Assembly (NCBI GenBank): GCA_965153285.1 | Contig: OZ229115.1 | Reading direction: 5' to 3' (one strand) | DNA: 64,000 nt | From: Podarcis tiliguerta | Lineage: Eukaryota | In this document: positions 26,059-37,746 of the stretch, piece after piece | Layout of the letters: every line of letters begins with the position of its first letter | Numbering within the stretch: position 1 is the stretch's first letter | The notes under the pieces: model-generated | Seen by the model: only the letters and a program-made list of their open reading frames with translations | Databases searched by the model: none | What the model was told of the DNA's origin: nothing | Translations under genes and position numbers: made by a program

Positions 26059-27153
26059 AAAGTTGCATGTATGTGCCAGTACCACATGATTGATATTTTT
26101 CACCCACCGTGTGCTCTTGAAATGCTCAGGTGATATGTAGGAGCAAGACTGGTGCAATACATTGTGTCACCTGAGGCAGACAGTGGCCATCATCCTGCCC
26201 CCCCCCCATTTCCTCTACCTCTGCTGTTGGTTCCCCTCCTCCTTTCCCTTCTGCTGCCACTGTTACCCCTTCCTTGCCTCAACTAGTTACATTAAACTTA
26301 ACTTCAGGAGTGCCAGCTTGGTCCCACGACCATGGATGCCCAGGGCTGTGGGTGCCATGCAGTGTGCATGGCCCTGGCACTGGAATTTGTGGGTGCCCAG
26401 TCCCTTCATAGGGAATTTTGTGGGTCCTTGGACACCCAGGGCCCCAGGGAGTTGGCACCTACGCTTAAGTTTAAACAGAATTTCTAGCTGTTGCTGCCAA
26501 TCAATGGCAGCACAGGCATTCTCCCAGTCACCTTTTTCAAAATGCCTTTGCTCTTCCTCAGTGCATGGCAGGGGGAAGAGGGGGTTGTACTGAAGCTTCT
26601 TGCTGCTCTGATGTAGCAGCAGCAGGGCTGGTGGGTGGGCTGGTAGATAGGGGACCAGTTTGCCATTCCCCCAAACAGAATTTTTGAAAACTAAAAACAT
26701 GTACACAGAACAATTTTAATAATAAGTTAGAATTTAAAATAGCAGCAGTAATAGAGCAAGACATAGAAGCCACTAGTGTCTATGAAAATTGGTTATACCC
26801 TGTCTCCTGAATAATAAAAGGTTGGTGGCTCAGTTACTCACCAAGGAAAGGCATTCTACAAATGGGACACAAACACTGAGAAGGTCATTTTCCTGGTTGC
26901 TGTCTTCCTAATGTCATCTGGCAGAAACACCCATAGAAGAAACCATGAAACATGTCTTAAATTCACTTTTGTATATAGGATTTTATTTAGGGTTCATGTT
27001 GCTCGCTGAAGTTTTCCTTTAGCATTCCTTCAGCTTTCATACTATGCTGAAAGGCATAGTATGTTTAAGGATCAGGCTTGTCCTTCAGACCCTTATTGTT
27101 TCCACTAAACACAATTGTTCTCCTGTTGAAACTGTTGGCAATTCTCTTTCTAG

Positions 27154-27235
27154 TGTTTGAAGACCCAAACTTCATAGGAAACCGCTATGGATGGAGGGCA
27201 GAAAATGTGGACAAAGGACAATGGGATAGTCTTAC
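27154..27235 (+). CDS. UBE2U: UBE2U coding exon 8 (VFEDPNFIGNRYGWRAENVDKGQWDSLT)
   Basis: ctctttctag|TG ... AC|gtaggt. 82 nt. PNFIG-x-x-Y-x-W is shared with human. Confidence 0.88.
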
Positions 27236-27485
27236 GTAGGTATCTTATGAAAATTCAAATTGTGCACATCTAGAAGCAGCAAAATATGGTGCCAAATTTG
27301 GGGTCTTGGTGTTATAGTGATTATATATGCAAAATGTCTTTGTGAGGGTATCCGCAGTAAATCAAAATGTATGCTTTGAATTATGAAGCCACAGGGTCAA
27401 GTAATACAGAATCATGTAGCAATAATAATAATACGGTGTAAAGTCTCCATCACCTGCCTCTTTTGTGAAAGTTTAACAAACAGCT

Positions 27486-27489
<4 letters not shown>

Positions 27490-27534
<45 letters not shown>
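27490..27534. repeat. (GATA)n microsatellite
   Basis: Seen directly. Confidence 0.95.
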
Positions 27535-27535
<1 letters not shown>

Positions 27536-29786
27536 AGAAAGAAACTTCTGGTGTGTTTGAAGCAGGGGTTTTTCAGAATGCAAATTTGTCTCGCTTATAA
27601 TGCTCAGATGTATTATGAATTCAGCATTGTTTGCTTGAGAGGTCTTCTCTGGGTCAAAATATAAAAGGAGATTATGGATATGCATGAGCTGTAAGTTTTT
27701 AACTGCTCTTCAAAATTTCATTTCTATTTTCATCCCAGTCCTAGGTGCTAATTGTTCCAGGGAACTATGCAGTTCTTAAGTTACAGCACATCTCGAGGCA
27801 GCTCCTGAGCCTTGGGAGCAAGGGAGCTCAGCAATCCTTGAACTTGTTTGTCCAAATGAGCAAAACCTTGACAGGGTCTCCTTATAATTTCTTCCCGTAA
27901 ACCCTTTCATTAGTCCATGTCACCCTAGTTAGACTCTTAGGGTAGGGGTTCCTTCGTGTCAAGTGGCTGCTGAAAACTCATTGAAAATATAGGCACCTTT
28001 TGACAATAGTAAAAGCAAAAAGGAAACTGAAATGACATGTTTGACTCAGAATTAGTTTTGGGGACAATTCTCTTTATTATTTTATCCAATGTGTGTGGTT
28101 GCTGCCTCCTAAGTAGATTTAAAATCTTCTCTTCTTCTTTGTGTCTGTTTGGGATTGGGAGAAGAGGCTTGAATTTCCAATATGCCTCTGATACCAGGTA
28201 CTGGGGATATAATGCTCATGTCCTGTTTGTGGTCTCCGTGCATCTGGTTGGCCACCGTGAGAACAGAATGCTGAATTACTTAGGGCTTTGGTCTGATCGG
28301 GCCCTTCTTATGTTCTTAATTATTTGTGGAAGACTATCAAGTTGCAGGAGGCCCATACCTGTCCAAATAATCTTGCCTTTATTTGTTTTTGTGACTCAGT
28401 TCAGTGTTCCTTTAGTCCACTGGCTCTATAGAAAATGGCTTTTGGTGGCACAGAGGACTAAATGGACAGTATTGTTTTGCTGCCTTCAAACAACTGAGTA
28501 TCTGAGAAATAAATTGTCAATAACTCTACCTGTCACCCAGCCTGGCCCTCCTTTGTTACACATAACAGTTACTGCTTCGTTTCTGTCTCTAATCACTGAT
28601 CTTAGTGCCTCTGTATCTCCACAAGGAGCATCATCAGGGTCAGGATGCAGCACTCAACCAAGTAAATTTGCAATATTTCACATTTTGCCTCATTAAGGAG
28701 AGGAGGAGTGGACAAGGAAGTTGACAGCTAGTGGATTCCTCTGATTTTCCCAGTACTGCAACCAGCCCTCCTTTAGCTGCTACTTATTTTTCCCTGTCAT
28801 TTTCAATACTTGCGTATGACAGAATATGCAGAATGGGCTGGTCCTGGGGCTGTGTGGGGAGTGCGTCCTCATCCTTATAAAGGCCAATCATTCCATTTTA
28901 TTTGGAACTTGCTCTGGGGACAGAGAAGCATGTGCACTCCTGTCCCTCTGACCCCAGAGCAAATAATCAGTCAGTCTGATTATAATGTCTAAAGGTTATA
29001 GAATAGATTATACCCATATGGAAGAATCTATTTTATCTGACTTGCACTATGTATTTAATGTGTGTTTTTAAACATGCTGAAGAAGATTGCAACTAATTAT
29101 TTCATATATATGTTTATATATACAGGGCAGGGAAAGGCACTTCACCAGATAGTTTTGCCCACAAACTCGCAGAAACTCTATGAATATCTAATTTGAAGTT
29201 CAAATTGAAGGAAAGCAAACTATGGGACTAAATGAGTTTATTTTTCTTTCTGAAGAAACTCGAGGAATATAGGGTTAATTTTTCTTTGACACAACTTCCT
29301 TGTTTTATTTCCCTTAACAGAAGTTCTTTGTGTTATGCATTTGATAATTGCTTCATTATGTAGCACCACAGCATCCTACGTGACCCAAGAAAACATTCCA
29401 AAAAACTGAGAACGTCCTTTTTGACCCATCTGTCCATTTTTTACTTTTAAAAAAATGCAGCATGAACAGGCTGGAGCTGTTTGAGAAAGCAGCATTTGCT
29501 GTGAATCAGAGCAGCTTTCTCATGTTAACTTCATAGGAACATGAAAGGAACTTGCTATGAACCCCCCACCCGTTTGAATTTGCCTGAGTGAAATGGCCAC
29601 CTCCCACTGCCATCTGGCGGTAGCAGACAGACACTTTCCAAGCCGGTCTCCTTTTTATCTGTTGCTTCGTTTGGTTGGCAAAAAGCTGATTCCCCTAACT
29701 ATTGCATGTCCAGATGAGGACGGCAGCAATCCAGTTTTGCTTATAGTGAAAAAGTTGTCTGCGTGGCTGGCCCTGTTGTGTTACAG

Positions 29787-29978
29787 CAGGGGTGTCAAAC
29801 TCAAATTCATCGGGGGCCGCATCAGCAGTTTGGTCACCCTCAAAGGGCCGGTTGTATCGGCCTAAAATATTTGAGCAGGCTGAGACCCCCAAAGTTGATG
29901 GGCTTTGACATTTAAATGGGATGTGTGTGGCATGTGATAAATTATGTGAGGTTCGAGCTGGTCTTTGACCCGTAATAA

Positions 29979-30017
<39 letters not shown>

Positions 30018-31252
30018 TGAGGTGGGGCCTACCTGCCCCCCTCAATATTTTATTCAGCCTGACACCCCTGTTATGAAAGATTACTAAAGTCTGCCCCTGT
30101 GGTGATGTATCATAACATTGTGCAGGCCCAGTCTGAGGGCACCTTTACTGGACTGCGTCTTGTGGCTGGGGCTTATCTACGCCTTCTCTTCCTTCTCCGC
30201 CTGGTGCTGCCTCCTCCCTGTGCCAGGTGCTGGCGGGGGGGGGGGGGGGAGATGTGCCGGTTGCAACCCAGTTTCTGACGGGGGCCAATGCTGCTTGTTC
30301 TTCCCTCTACTTTTCAACACTGCAATATATCGCTACCGTATCACAACATCACTATCACAATGTTGAAAAGTTGGTATCGTCTGCTTTTAGGGGCTGATGG
30401 GCTTACTCAGTACGGACAGGGGCACTCCTAGGAATTTATTGGATTTCAAATCCCTGGATTTCAAATCCCATTGAGGGGGGGCAGGGGCGGACTTTGGTAA
30501 TATGGCACCCACCCTGAGTGAGGACAAACTTTGGTGCCCCCCCCCCCATAGAATAAATAGGCATCGTTATCATTATTTTGTCCTCCCTTGGCTCGGGGCG
30601 GGTAAGGCGCCCGCACGGCCCCAAATCTGGTGCTGGTGGAGGAAGCACATTTCCACAACGGGCCGAGCTGCCCCTGTGGATCCTGCTGCCTGAGGCAGCC
30701 GCCTCCCTTGCCCTCCGTGGCAAGCCGAGGCTGAGGGGGACGTTCGCTTGCCCAGGCGCCGGGCTTCCGTCCACTTGCTCCGGTGCGCTCGCTGCAGCCC
30801 TGCTGCCAGCTGCCAGCAGCCGTCGGGGAAGGCGGCCGGGCTCCGGGGCTCGGTGGGGCCCGCCGGCAGAGGGCGGCGCTGCGCCTCGCCTGGGCGTGGA
30901 AGCCCTGCTGGCACGTTGTCTCCCACGCCGCGCGTTCGCGTCGCGCTCCCGCCTCCATCTCGGCTCGCTCCCTCCCGTTCTCCGCCTCCGCGCCTCGCCT
31001 GCCAGACTCGCATCCCTGCCCGGCGGCGGCACAGCGGAGGCCGAGCATGGCACCAGCAGCGGCTTCCGGGGCGCGCGGAGGAGCAGCCTCTCTGCTCACC
31101 TCCACCTTCGTGCTGAAAGGCGACGCGGCGCACAACCAGGCGATGGTGCACTGGATGGGCGAGAACAGCAGTGAGAATGGCGGCTACACGGGCCACATGA
31201 CAACGTCTGGCGGGCCGGATTCGGCCCGCGGGCCTTGTGTTTGACACCTGTG
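29787..31252. mobile_element. Non-autonomous hAT-type DNA transposon carrying captured cargo (Pack-TIR-like)
   Basis: Left TIR CAGGGGTGTCAAAC at 29787. Right end GTTTGACACCTGTG ending 31252. Perfect 8-bp TSD TGTTACAG at 29779-29786 and 31253-31260. GGGCCG subterminal motifs at both ends. No transposase ORF. Confidence 0.9.
31020..31172 (+). pseudogene. SORCS2: Captured fragment of SORCS2 exon 1 (end of propeptide, start of Vps10p domain)
   Basis: Reads [51 protein letters not shown]; recalled human SORCS2 is ...[34 protein letters not shown] and GENSS favour SORCS2 over SORCS1/3. No signal peptide and no downstream SORCS exons in the window. Confidence 0.85.
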
Positions 31253-31572
31253 TGTTACAGCATAAAGCCATACCTGAAGGCAGAGATTGGTGTCTGAATG
31301 GTGTAGCAAGGCATCTTAGAATGTTGTCTTTTGCAGGGAGGTGCCAATTGGGTTCAGCCTCAGGCAGGAAATGCCTTGAGGTGGCATTGGCTGCCTGAGG
31401 AGCACTTCAGCATGAGCAGAGATATGTCATAGGCATCTTGAGCTAAGTGCTTAAAAGCAATAATTCAGTACAGGCTTCTAAGTAAGCTCTGCTCAAGGAT
31501 GAAGCACTCAAGCATGTATTTTGAGTGTTTTGCTAGTATATTGACTATATTAAGTTTATACAATGTATTATG

Positions 31573-32257
31573 TGTTATTGTTTAGTCATTTAGTCGTGTC
31601 CGACTCTTCGTGACCCCATGGACCAGAGCACGCCAGGCACTCCTGTCTTCTACTGCCTCCCACAGTTTGGTCAGGCTCATGTTTGTAACTTCGAGAACAC
31701 TGTCCAACTATCTCGTCCTCTGTCGTCCCCTTCTCCTTGTGCCCTCCATCTTTCCCAACGTCAGGGTCTTTTCCAGGGAGTCTTCTCTTCTCATGAGGTG
31801 GCCAAAGTATTGGAGCCTCAGCTTCAGGATCTGTCCTTCCAGAATGGAAGAATGGATGCATTTGATCTTCTTGCAGTCCATGGGACTCTCAAGAGTCTCC
31901 TCCAGCACCATAATTCAAAAGCATCAATTCTTCGGCGATCAGCCTTCTTGATGGTCCAGCTCTCACTTCCATACATCACTACTGGGAAAACCATGGCTTT
32001 AACTATACGGACCTTTGTTGGCAAGGTGATATCTCTGCTTTTTAAGATGCTGTCTAGGTTTGTCATCGCCTTTCTGCCAAGGAGCAGGCGTCTTTTAATT
32101 TCGTGACTGCTGTCTCCATCTGCAGTTATCATGGAGCCCAAGAAAGTAAAATCTCTCACTGCCTCCACTTCTTCCCCTTCTGTTTGCCAGGAGGTGATGG
32201 GCCCAATGGCCATGATCTTGGTTTTTTTGATGTTGAGCTTCAGACCATATTTTGCAC
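31573..32257 (-). mobile_element. 5'-truncated BovB (RTE-clade) LINE
   Basis: Minus-strand GLKLNIKKTKIM, FLGSMITADGD, VMYGSESWT, RIDAFELWCWRRLLRVPWTARRSN and RLQYFGHLMRR. BovB 3' end GGGGTCACGAAGAGTCGGACACGACT. Small deletion/frameshift near 31840. Confidence 0.92.
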
Positions 32258-35200
32258 AGTGATCCATGAAGGGGAATGTATTGTGTATAATGTATATAAT
32301 AAGATATTAGATTTTTATTGTTTTTAGGAACATAAGGCACTCCCCTGACAATTATGATCACATCTTAACATGCAGAAATGGGAATGGGAATTTTCCCAAA
32401 GACATACCCGTGCACGTGGCCCTGGATTTTTGCTGTTTCCTCTGTGCAAGCCAATACACAATAATAATAATATAATATCAAACTTTTATTTATACCCCAC
32501 CCTCCCTGGCCAAAGTTGGGCTCAGGGCGGCTAACATCAGATATATAACATTGGTATAAAATCAAACAACAATTAAATTACCTCCTAAAAACAGGTCGAA
32601 ATCAAATTAAAGTCTAATTAGATGGCTTTCCGCAGGGTTAGGGTTGGGAACAGGAAGTTTGAACATTTGCAGTTTCTCTTTTAACATGTAAATTTGGACA
32701 GGAAGAAAAGAGCAGAGTGACAGTCATAATTTCAGCTCCGCTAAATATACCAGTAATTTTATCTCTGTGATTAAAGCTGAATTCATAAAACATTTTAAAA
32801 CAGCACATAAGTCTGTTTTTATGTAGCATTTGTTCCTACAAACTGTGGTGAGAATGGTCAGCCACCTATTTTGTGGGCACCACTGCAAACTTTGCCTGTA
32901 GCAGCTTGAAGGATGTAAATAAACAGTTGTCTGAAGGCCCTCATTTTCTGGAGGCCCTGTGTGCTTAGCCTTGCCATGGTGGACTTTCCATATCTGTTGG
33001 GCAGGATGAGAATACCATTCAGCTCACTAAATAGTTGGAGCCTATAGATTACTGTCTCTCAGTGCAATTACAGTTGCCTTGCGGGGTAGGGGTGGGTTTA
33101 AGTTGATAAGCACATGTTAAGTGGTCATCGGATTTCACACACTGATACTTCATAAAGTACTTAGGGCAATGCTTATTACAGAACTAGTCTCTCTGCTGCA
33201 GAATGCAAGCTTCTGCTGTGTACAGAGCTCTTCTGAATTCTGCAATTAAAATGAGTTGTTTGAAAATAAAAAGCTTCAAAGCAGTCACTAGCTTCACTTA
33301 CAAAAAGTGCTCTCTTTTTGACATCACATCTCTCATTTTGCTAGACCTAGTAAGCAACATTATCCACCAAAATGCTTCGGAGCCATAGTTAGTGATTGAT
33401 CCTAAACATTTCTTCTTTCTGGGGTATCTCCTGCAATGACTGGGTAACATCCCCAGAACACTTGTGTGTTGTCATGTGTTCTGACATTCTGCAGGTGACA
33501 TTCATGAGCAGCTTTTGCAAGTTTAGAAGGTCCTATGTGAGGCAACTGGACTTTCCGCAAGGAAGTGTATCACATATATAAAAGTCAGTTTCTGTCCCAT
33601 GGTCATAGCGGGAGCAAGAAATGCTGAATAAGGTTTTATAAGGAACTCATTTTTTAATAAGCTCCCATTGAGTACTGTGGGGCAAAGTTAGTTGGCTCCA
33701 ATTGGTGACACTTTGGGGAATAGGTGGTGATTAGGACATTAAACTAAATTCTTTCTTGTTGCAGCGAAGTGAGCCTTAGATTTTGTTTGTTTCCCCTTGA
33801 TTTATCCATATGCACCAGACAATGTAGTTTGTAACTATTTGTATAAAACAGCAGTGGCGAATAATAGCGAGAAAGGTACATATGAAGATGAAATGGTGTT
33901 TTGTTTTGTTTTAATATTGGGAAGGGTGCCTTAAATTCAGTTAACAGATTGAGAGAGAGCACAGGGATTTTACCAGCTTAATGATCATTGAAACACTTTG
34001 AGCATGTAGTACATTTTTAAGAAACTCCCCCTGCAATTCTTTGTGGAAATCTAAGTCATTTATGCCCCCATGTGGCTGAAAGGAGAATTCATTTAACCAA
34101 ATTAAGTTTACATTTAATTGAAAGTCACTCCCCCCCCCCGCCGTTTTGTCAGTGGGAGCAGGAGAATGGATAAATCAAGAGCTTATACAGACTTTTCATT
34201 TTTCAGAAGATCAAGGGGCTCTTGGGTTGATTTCCTTCCAGATTATGCATTGTCAGGAAGTAGAATTTGAGTTATGGTGGCAAGCAAACCACAAATCACA
34301 CCGGACAAAACAAATTTTCTCCCACCAGAAACCACTGAAGCCAAAATATATGAATTTAGTGTATGTGTGTTAACTTTTGTGATTGTCATAGACGTTTAAC
34401 AGTGTCACAAGACTCAATCCCCTCTCTATGCCTGAACAATACTTTTACATTTAAAAAAAATAAGGGAGGAACCTGTAAGACTAATACCACTAAAGCGTTT
34501 ATGTGACCCATTTAAAAGAGTGAAAAATTCAAGGTTAACCCCTCCCCATTGCAGCATTGCTCTGCAAATAATTAAGTTCTTGTTAACTTTTTTAAAAAAA
34601 GTATATTTCCATTGAAAGATCTGTTTGCCCCTCTCTGTAGCACTGGAGAGCATCTAGTAATGTTGTCTAATTTTAAGGAAAGGGTGGACGTGGTTCCAGA
34701 ATTTGGGGGTGGTATTGATTTAAATTTGCTTTCATTGTGGCTGTATTGGTACTCTGAGCAATCCACCCATATGGTTGTGTGGGTAGGCAAAAAAAAAGAA
34801 TGATACTGTAACTGAATAATTCATCGTATCTACTTTTTAAGGACCAAACAACACATGTTGTGGGAGATCTGATTGGATTTCAAAGTGTCATTTTCCATGT
34901 TTTGTCTAGTCTTTTTAATGTTACCACTCTTCTATATTGTTGTGATGTGTAAGGGTACAGCTTTTCTAATATTACAGGGCTGTAATATTTCTTTCCAAGG
35001 TTAGGTCTGTTTTAGCTGCAACAGTCAGCTAAAGGATAGCCAAAATGCCCTACAGATGTTGTAGGTTGCAACTCCCATTGGTCCTGACGATTGTTCATAC
35101 TGGCTGGAGCTGATGTGAGTTGTAGTCCATCTGCAGAGCATCTGGGGGGCACCATGCTGACTACATCTGGTGCATATTTCCCTCTGCCACAGCCAAGGCA

Positions 35201-36310
35201 GATAACTAGAGTTACTCCACTGGAATATATACAGTGCTCAAGTATTCACCTTTACATCGTATGCTGTCCGTTGCTCAGATTCTGGTGTGAACAACTGCAA
35301 TTGGTATAGCAAAAAGCATCTTGTTAATAATGTTTATTGCTCTGAAAACAATGGTGCAAAATGCAAAGAAGAAATATGAACAGAGCATTAAAAATAAATG
35401 AATTCTGGGAATTGTGTTTGCTGTTGTGAGTGAGAGCATGTGAGGTGCTGAGGCACACGCATTCTTGTCCGCAGGAGTCCATAAGTGCATGCTTGGGAAT
35501 GTGGGTTATCCTACTTCAAAGGATCTCTTTCATGCTTAGCAGATAAGAACCTGCTTTGTTATCTTGCTGAAAGTTGGGTAAAGTGCTAAATATCTTGAAG
35601 AGCAAAACCCCAGTCAAGACCTGCCCACACTTTCATGAGGCAAGCTGAAACAATTGCCGCATTCAGCTGGGGGTGGCAAATGGGTGCCCCCAAGACCTCT
35701 GCTTGCTTGCTTGCTTGCTTGCCTTGTGGGTTTAAGTACAACATCTAGGCGCAGTAGCAACGCAGCAGTGGTGGTGCAGGGGCTCTCCCAGTCACCTTGC
35801 CCAGAATGCCTTGCTCTGAGAAAAGACCCCTTGGCCCTTCCTCAGAGCAATGTAGGGAGGAGGTGGAGAGGATGCCAGTGCTTCCACCATTAGCATGGTG
35901 GCGGGGGGAGGAGGAAGAGGATAAAAGGGGGGAGAAGGAAGTGGTGTAGGTGGCCATGTCAGGAGCTAGAGGAAGAAGATAAGGAAAAGGTGGCACTAGT
36001 GGCAAGGAGGAGGAGGAGTTTGGGCAGAGGTGAGGAGGCTGTGGCCACTCATGTGAAGCAATGCAATCTCTTGTACCAGCATTGCCCCCAGCTGTTTTGT
36101 TTTTGTGCATGCTGAAGTATTTTTTCAGATAAGAATTAACCTTGGACTATTCTGGAGCCCTAACCTGAAAGCCATCTGCTGCAGATAAGATTAACTGAAA
36201 AGCAATTAGGTTTCTAAGACTTTACTGTAGCAAACAAGTCCATATTTCTGTTCATGGCCCAAGTTACGTTCAACCGTGCTCATTTCCTTTTTGGTTCTTT
36301 ATCATTTCAG

Positions 36311-36405
36311 GCATCGATTGTTAATCTCTGAGTTTATCAAAAACCAAAAGAGAGAAAGATTGGTAGAAAGCAAGAAAAGTCATCCTCTGCTAAGCCCATC
36401 TCCAG
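36311..36405 (+). CDS. UBE2U: UBE2U probable coding exon 9 (HRLLISEFIKNQKRERLVESKKSHPLLSPSP)
   Basis: Strong acceptor catttcag|G and donor CAG|gtactt. 95 nt. Phase 2 to 1 joins exons 8 and 10 without stops. Weak sequence conservation. Confidence 0.72.
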
Positions 36406-37618
36406 GTACTTCTGAGACTCCAAGATTTTTGTTTTTTACTTTCTTTGAAGCGACACGTGTAGGCGGAAGAAATAGCCAACTTTCCCTGAAGTAATTGGGA
36501 CTGTTGCTTGTGAACTTAGAGCTAAACTGATTTTATAATATACTATATAAAAATATAGCCATCTCTTTTCACGGTTGAAGATCATGTCATTTAGATGAAT
36601 GAAAAGGTGTAGGGGTGTTACACACTTCCTTCTTTGTGAAGAGCTTTTGGGGGGGGAGGTCCTATTAGGACTAGGACAAAATCCTCCTATTTTGCACCAA
36701 ACTACTGCTGCACAAACATGGAGAATGCCATTCCAATTCCTTTCTGGATTGCACCAGGAACCTCAAATGAAGACCTTCCAGGTGGTGGCTTAATGCCTGG
36801 AGGGCTCATAGCCTGGCTTGGAACAGTACGCCATCACAGAGAAGATTGATCTGCCAGATTGAAGATATTTCCCAAAACTTAATGATCCATCCCTGACAAA
36901 CGCTTATCAGTCTTCCCTGTAACACCTCCAGAGGATGATTTCACATTCTCCCTAGGCAATCAGGTCTATGGCCCAGAAATGCAAGACAGAATTCTTTCCA
37001 TAATATGCGGCTTAAATCATTGTTGCCACGCTGCCTCTTGTCCTTGCATGAGTGGCAAAGGTGAACCTCAATCTTCCCTGTGAGTACATTTTCAACATAT
37101 GGAAAATGTTATTGTACTCTCCTTTAATCATATCTTCTGTAGCATAAAGATATCTGGTTTCCTCTTTTGTTCTATCTGCATGGTGGGCAGATTTCTATAA
37201 AATGTGTTAACTTTTTCTGTAAAACCCAACATGTAAACATTTTGAGCATACACTCTACCTGATGGACTTTTGCATAAACAAAACAAATTTTATACCTAAA
37301 ACAATAAATATTAACCCAAATCAAAGGTCCTACCATCTTAAGCCATATTTCCAGACACAAATAATTATATGCATATTATTTCTCAAAATGATCATAAAAA
37401 GTCACTTCAAAGTAACTCCCCTACTCCTAATATACTAAAACACCATTTGAGTTCTTTGAAATATAAGAAAAATTATCTAGCACATATGTTAATATAGTAT
37501 ACCACTTTTTAAAATTTTAAAAAACCACAAATGTTGTGCTCCAATTTACTTACAGTTTTACACACCAAAAAAATCATTTATTCTCTTGTTTCCTTTTGCA
37601 TAATTCCTACTATGAAAG

Positions 37619-37746
37619 CATCTGGATCCCAGAGTACTTCTGGAAGAGAGTCTAAGAACAGGAGCCCGGATGAGGAGCAATGGGAGAAGGAAGCGGAAGA
37701 TCTAGTAATGTGGTCTGCAAGTCTTGAGCACTTGAAATTGGATTAA
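37619..37746 (+). CDS. UBE2U: UBE2U last coding exon (ASGSQSTSGRESKNRSPDEEQWEKEAEDLVMWSASLEHLKLD*)
   Basis: First AG after a long pyrimidine tract (tatgaaag|CA). EAEDLVMW resembles recalled human EVEDLISW. The ten exons total 930 nt, giving 309 aa plus stop. Confidence 0.8.

Noticed and set aside
28037-28696. 219-aa ORF
   Set aside because: No recognisable homology. It is intronic and overlaps decayed repeat sequence at about 28150-28320.
29321-29363. Strong acceptor (ttttatttcccttaacag) as an alternative UBE2U terminal exon
   Set aside because: Gives only a short non-homologous peptide before a stop. No support without transcripts.
30590-31172. Genuine first exon of a nested SORCS gene or of CACHD1
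   Set aside because: No signal peptide, no downstream Vps10p exons, no CACHD1-like sequence, and the block is enclosed by TIRs with a TSD.
30436-31271. Overlapping 120-230 aa ORFs on both strands
   Set aside because: Stop-codon scarcity in GC-rich DNA explains them. Only the SORCS2-like segment has recognisable homology.
32634-32648. Interstitial telomere-like AGGGTTAGGGTTGGG
   Set aside because: Only about two units at the edge of a LINE remnant, consistent with chance.
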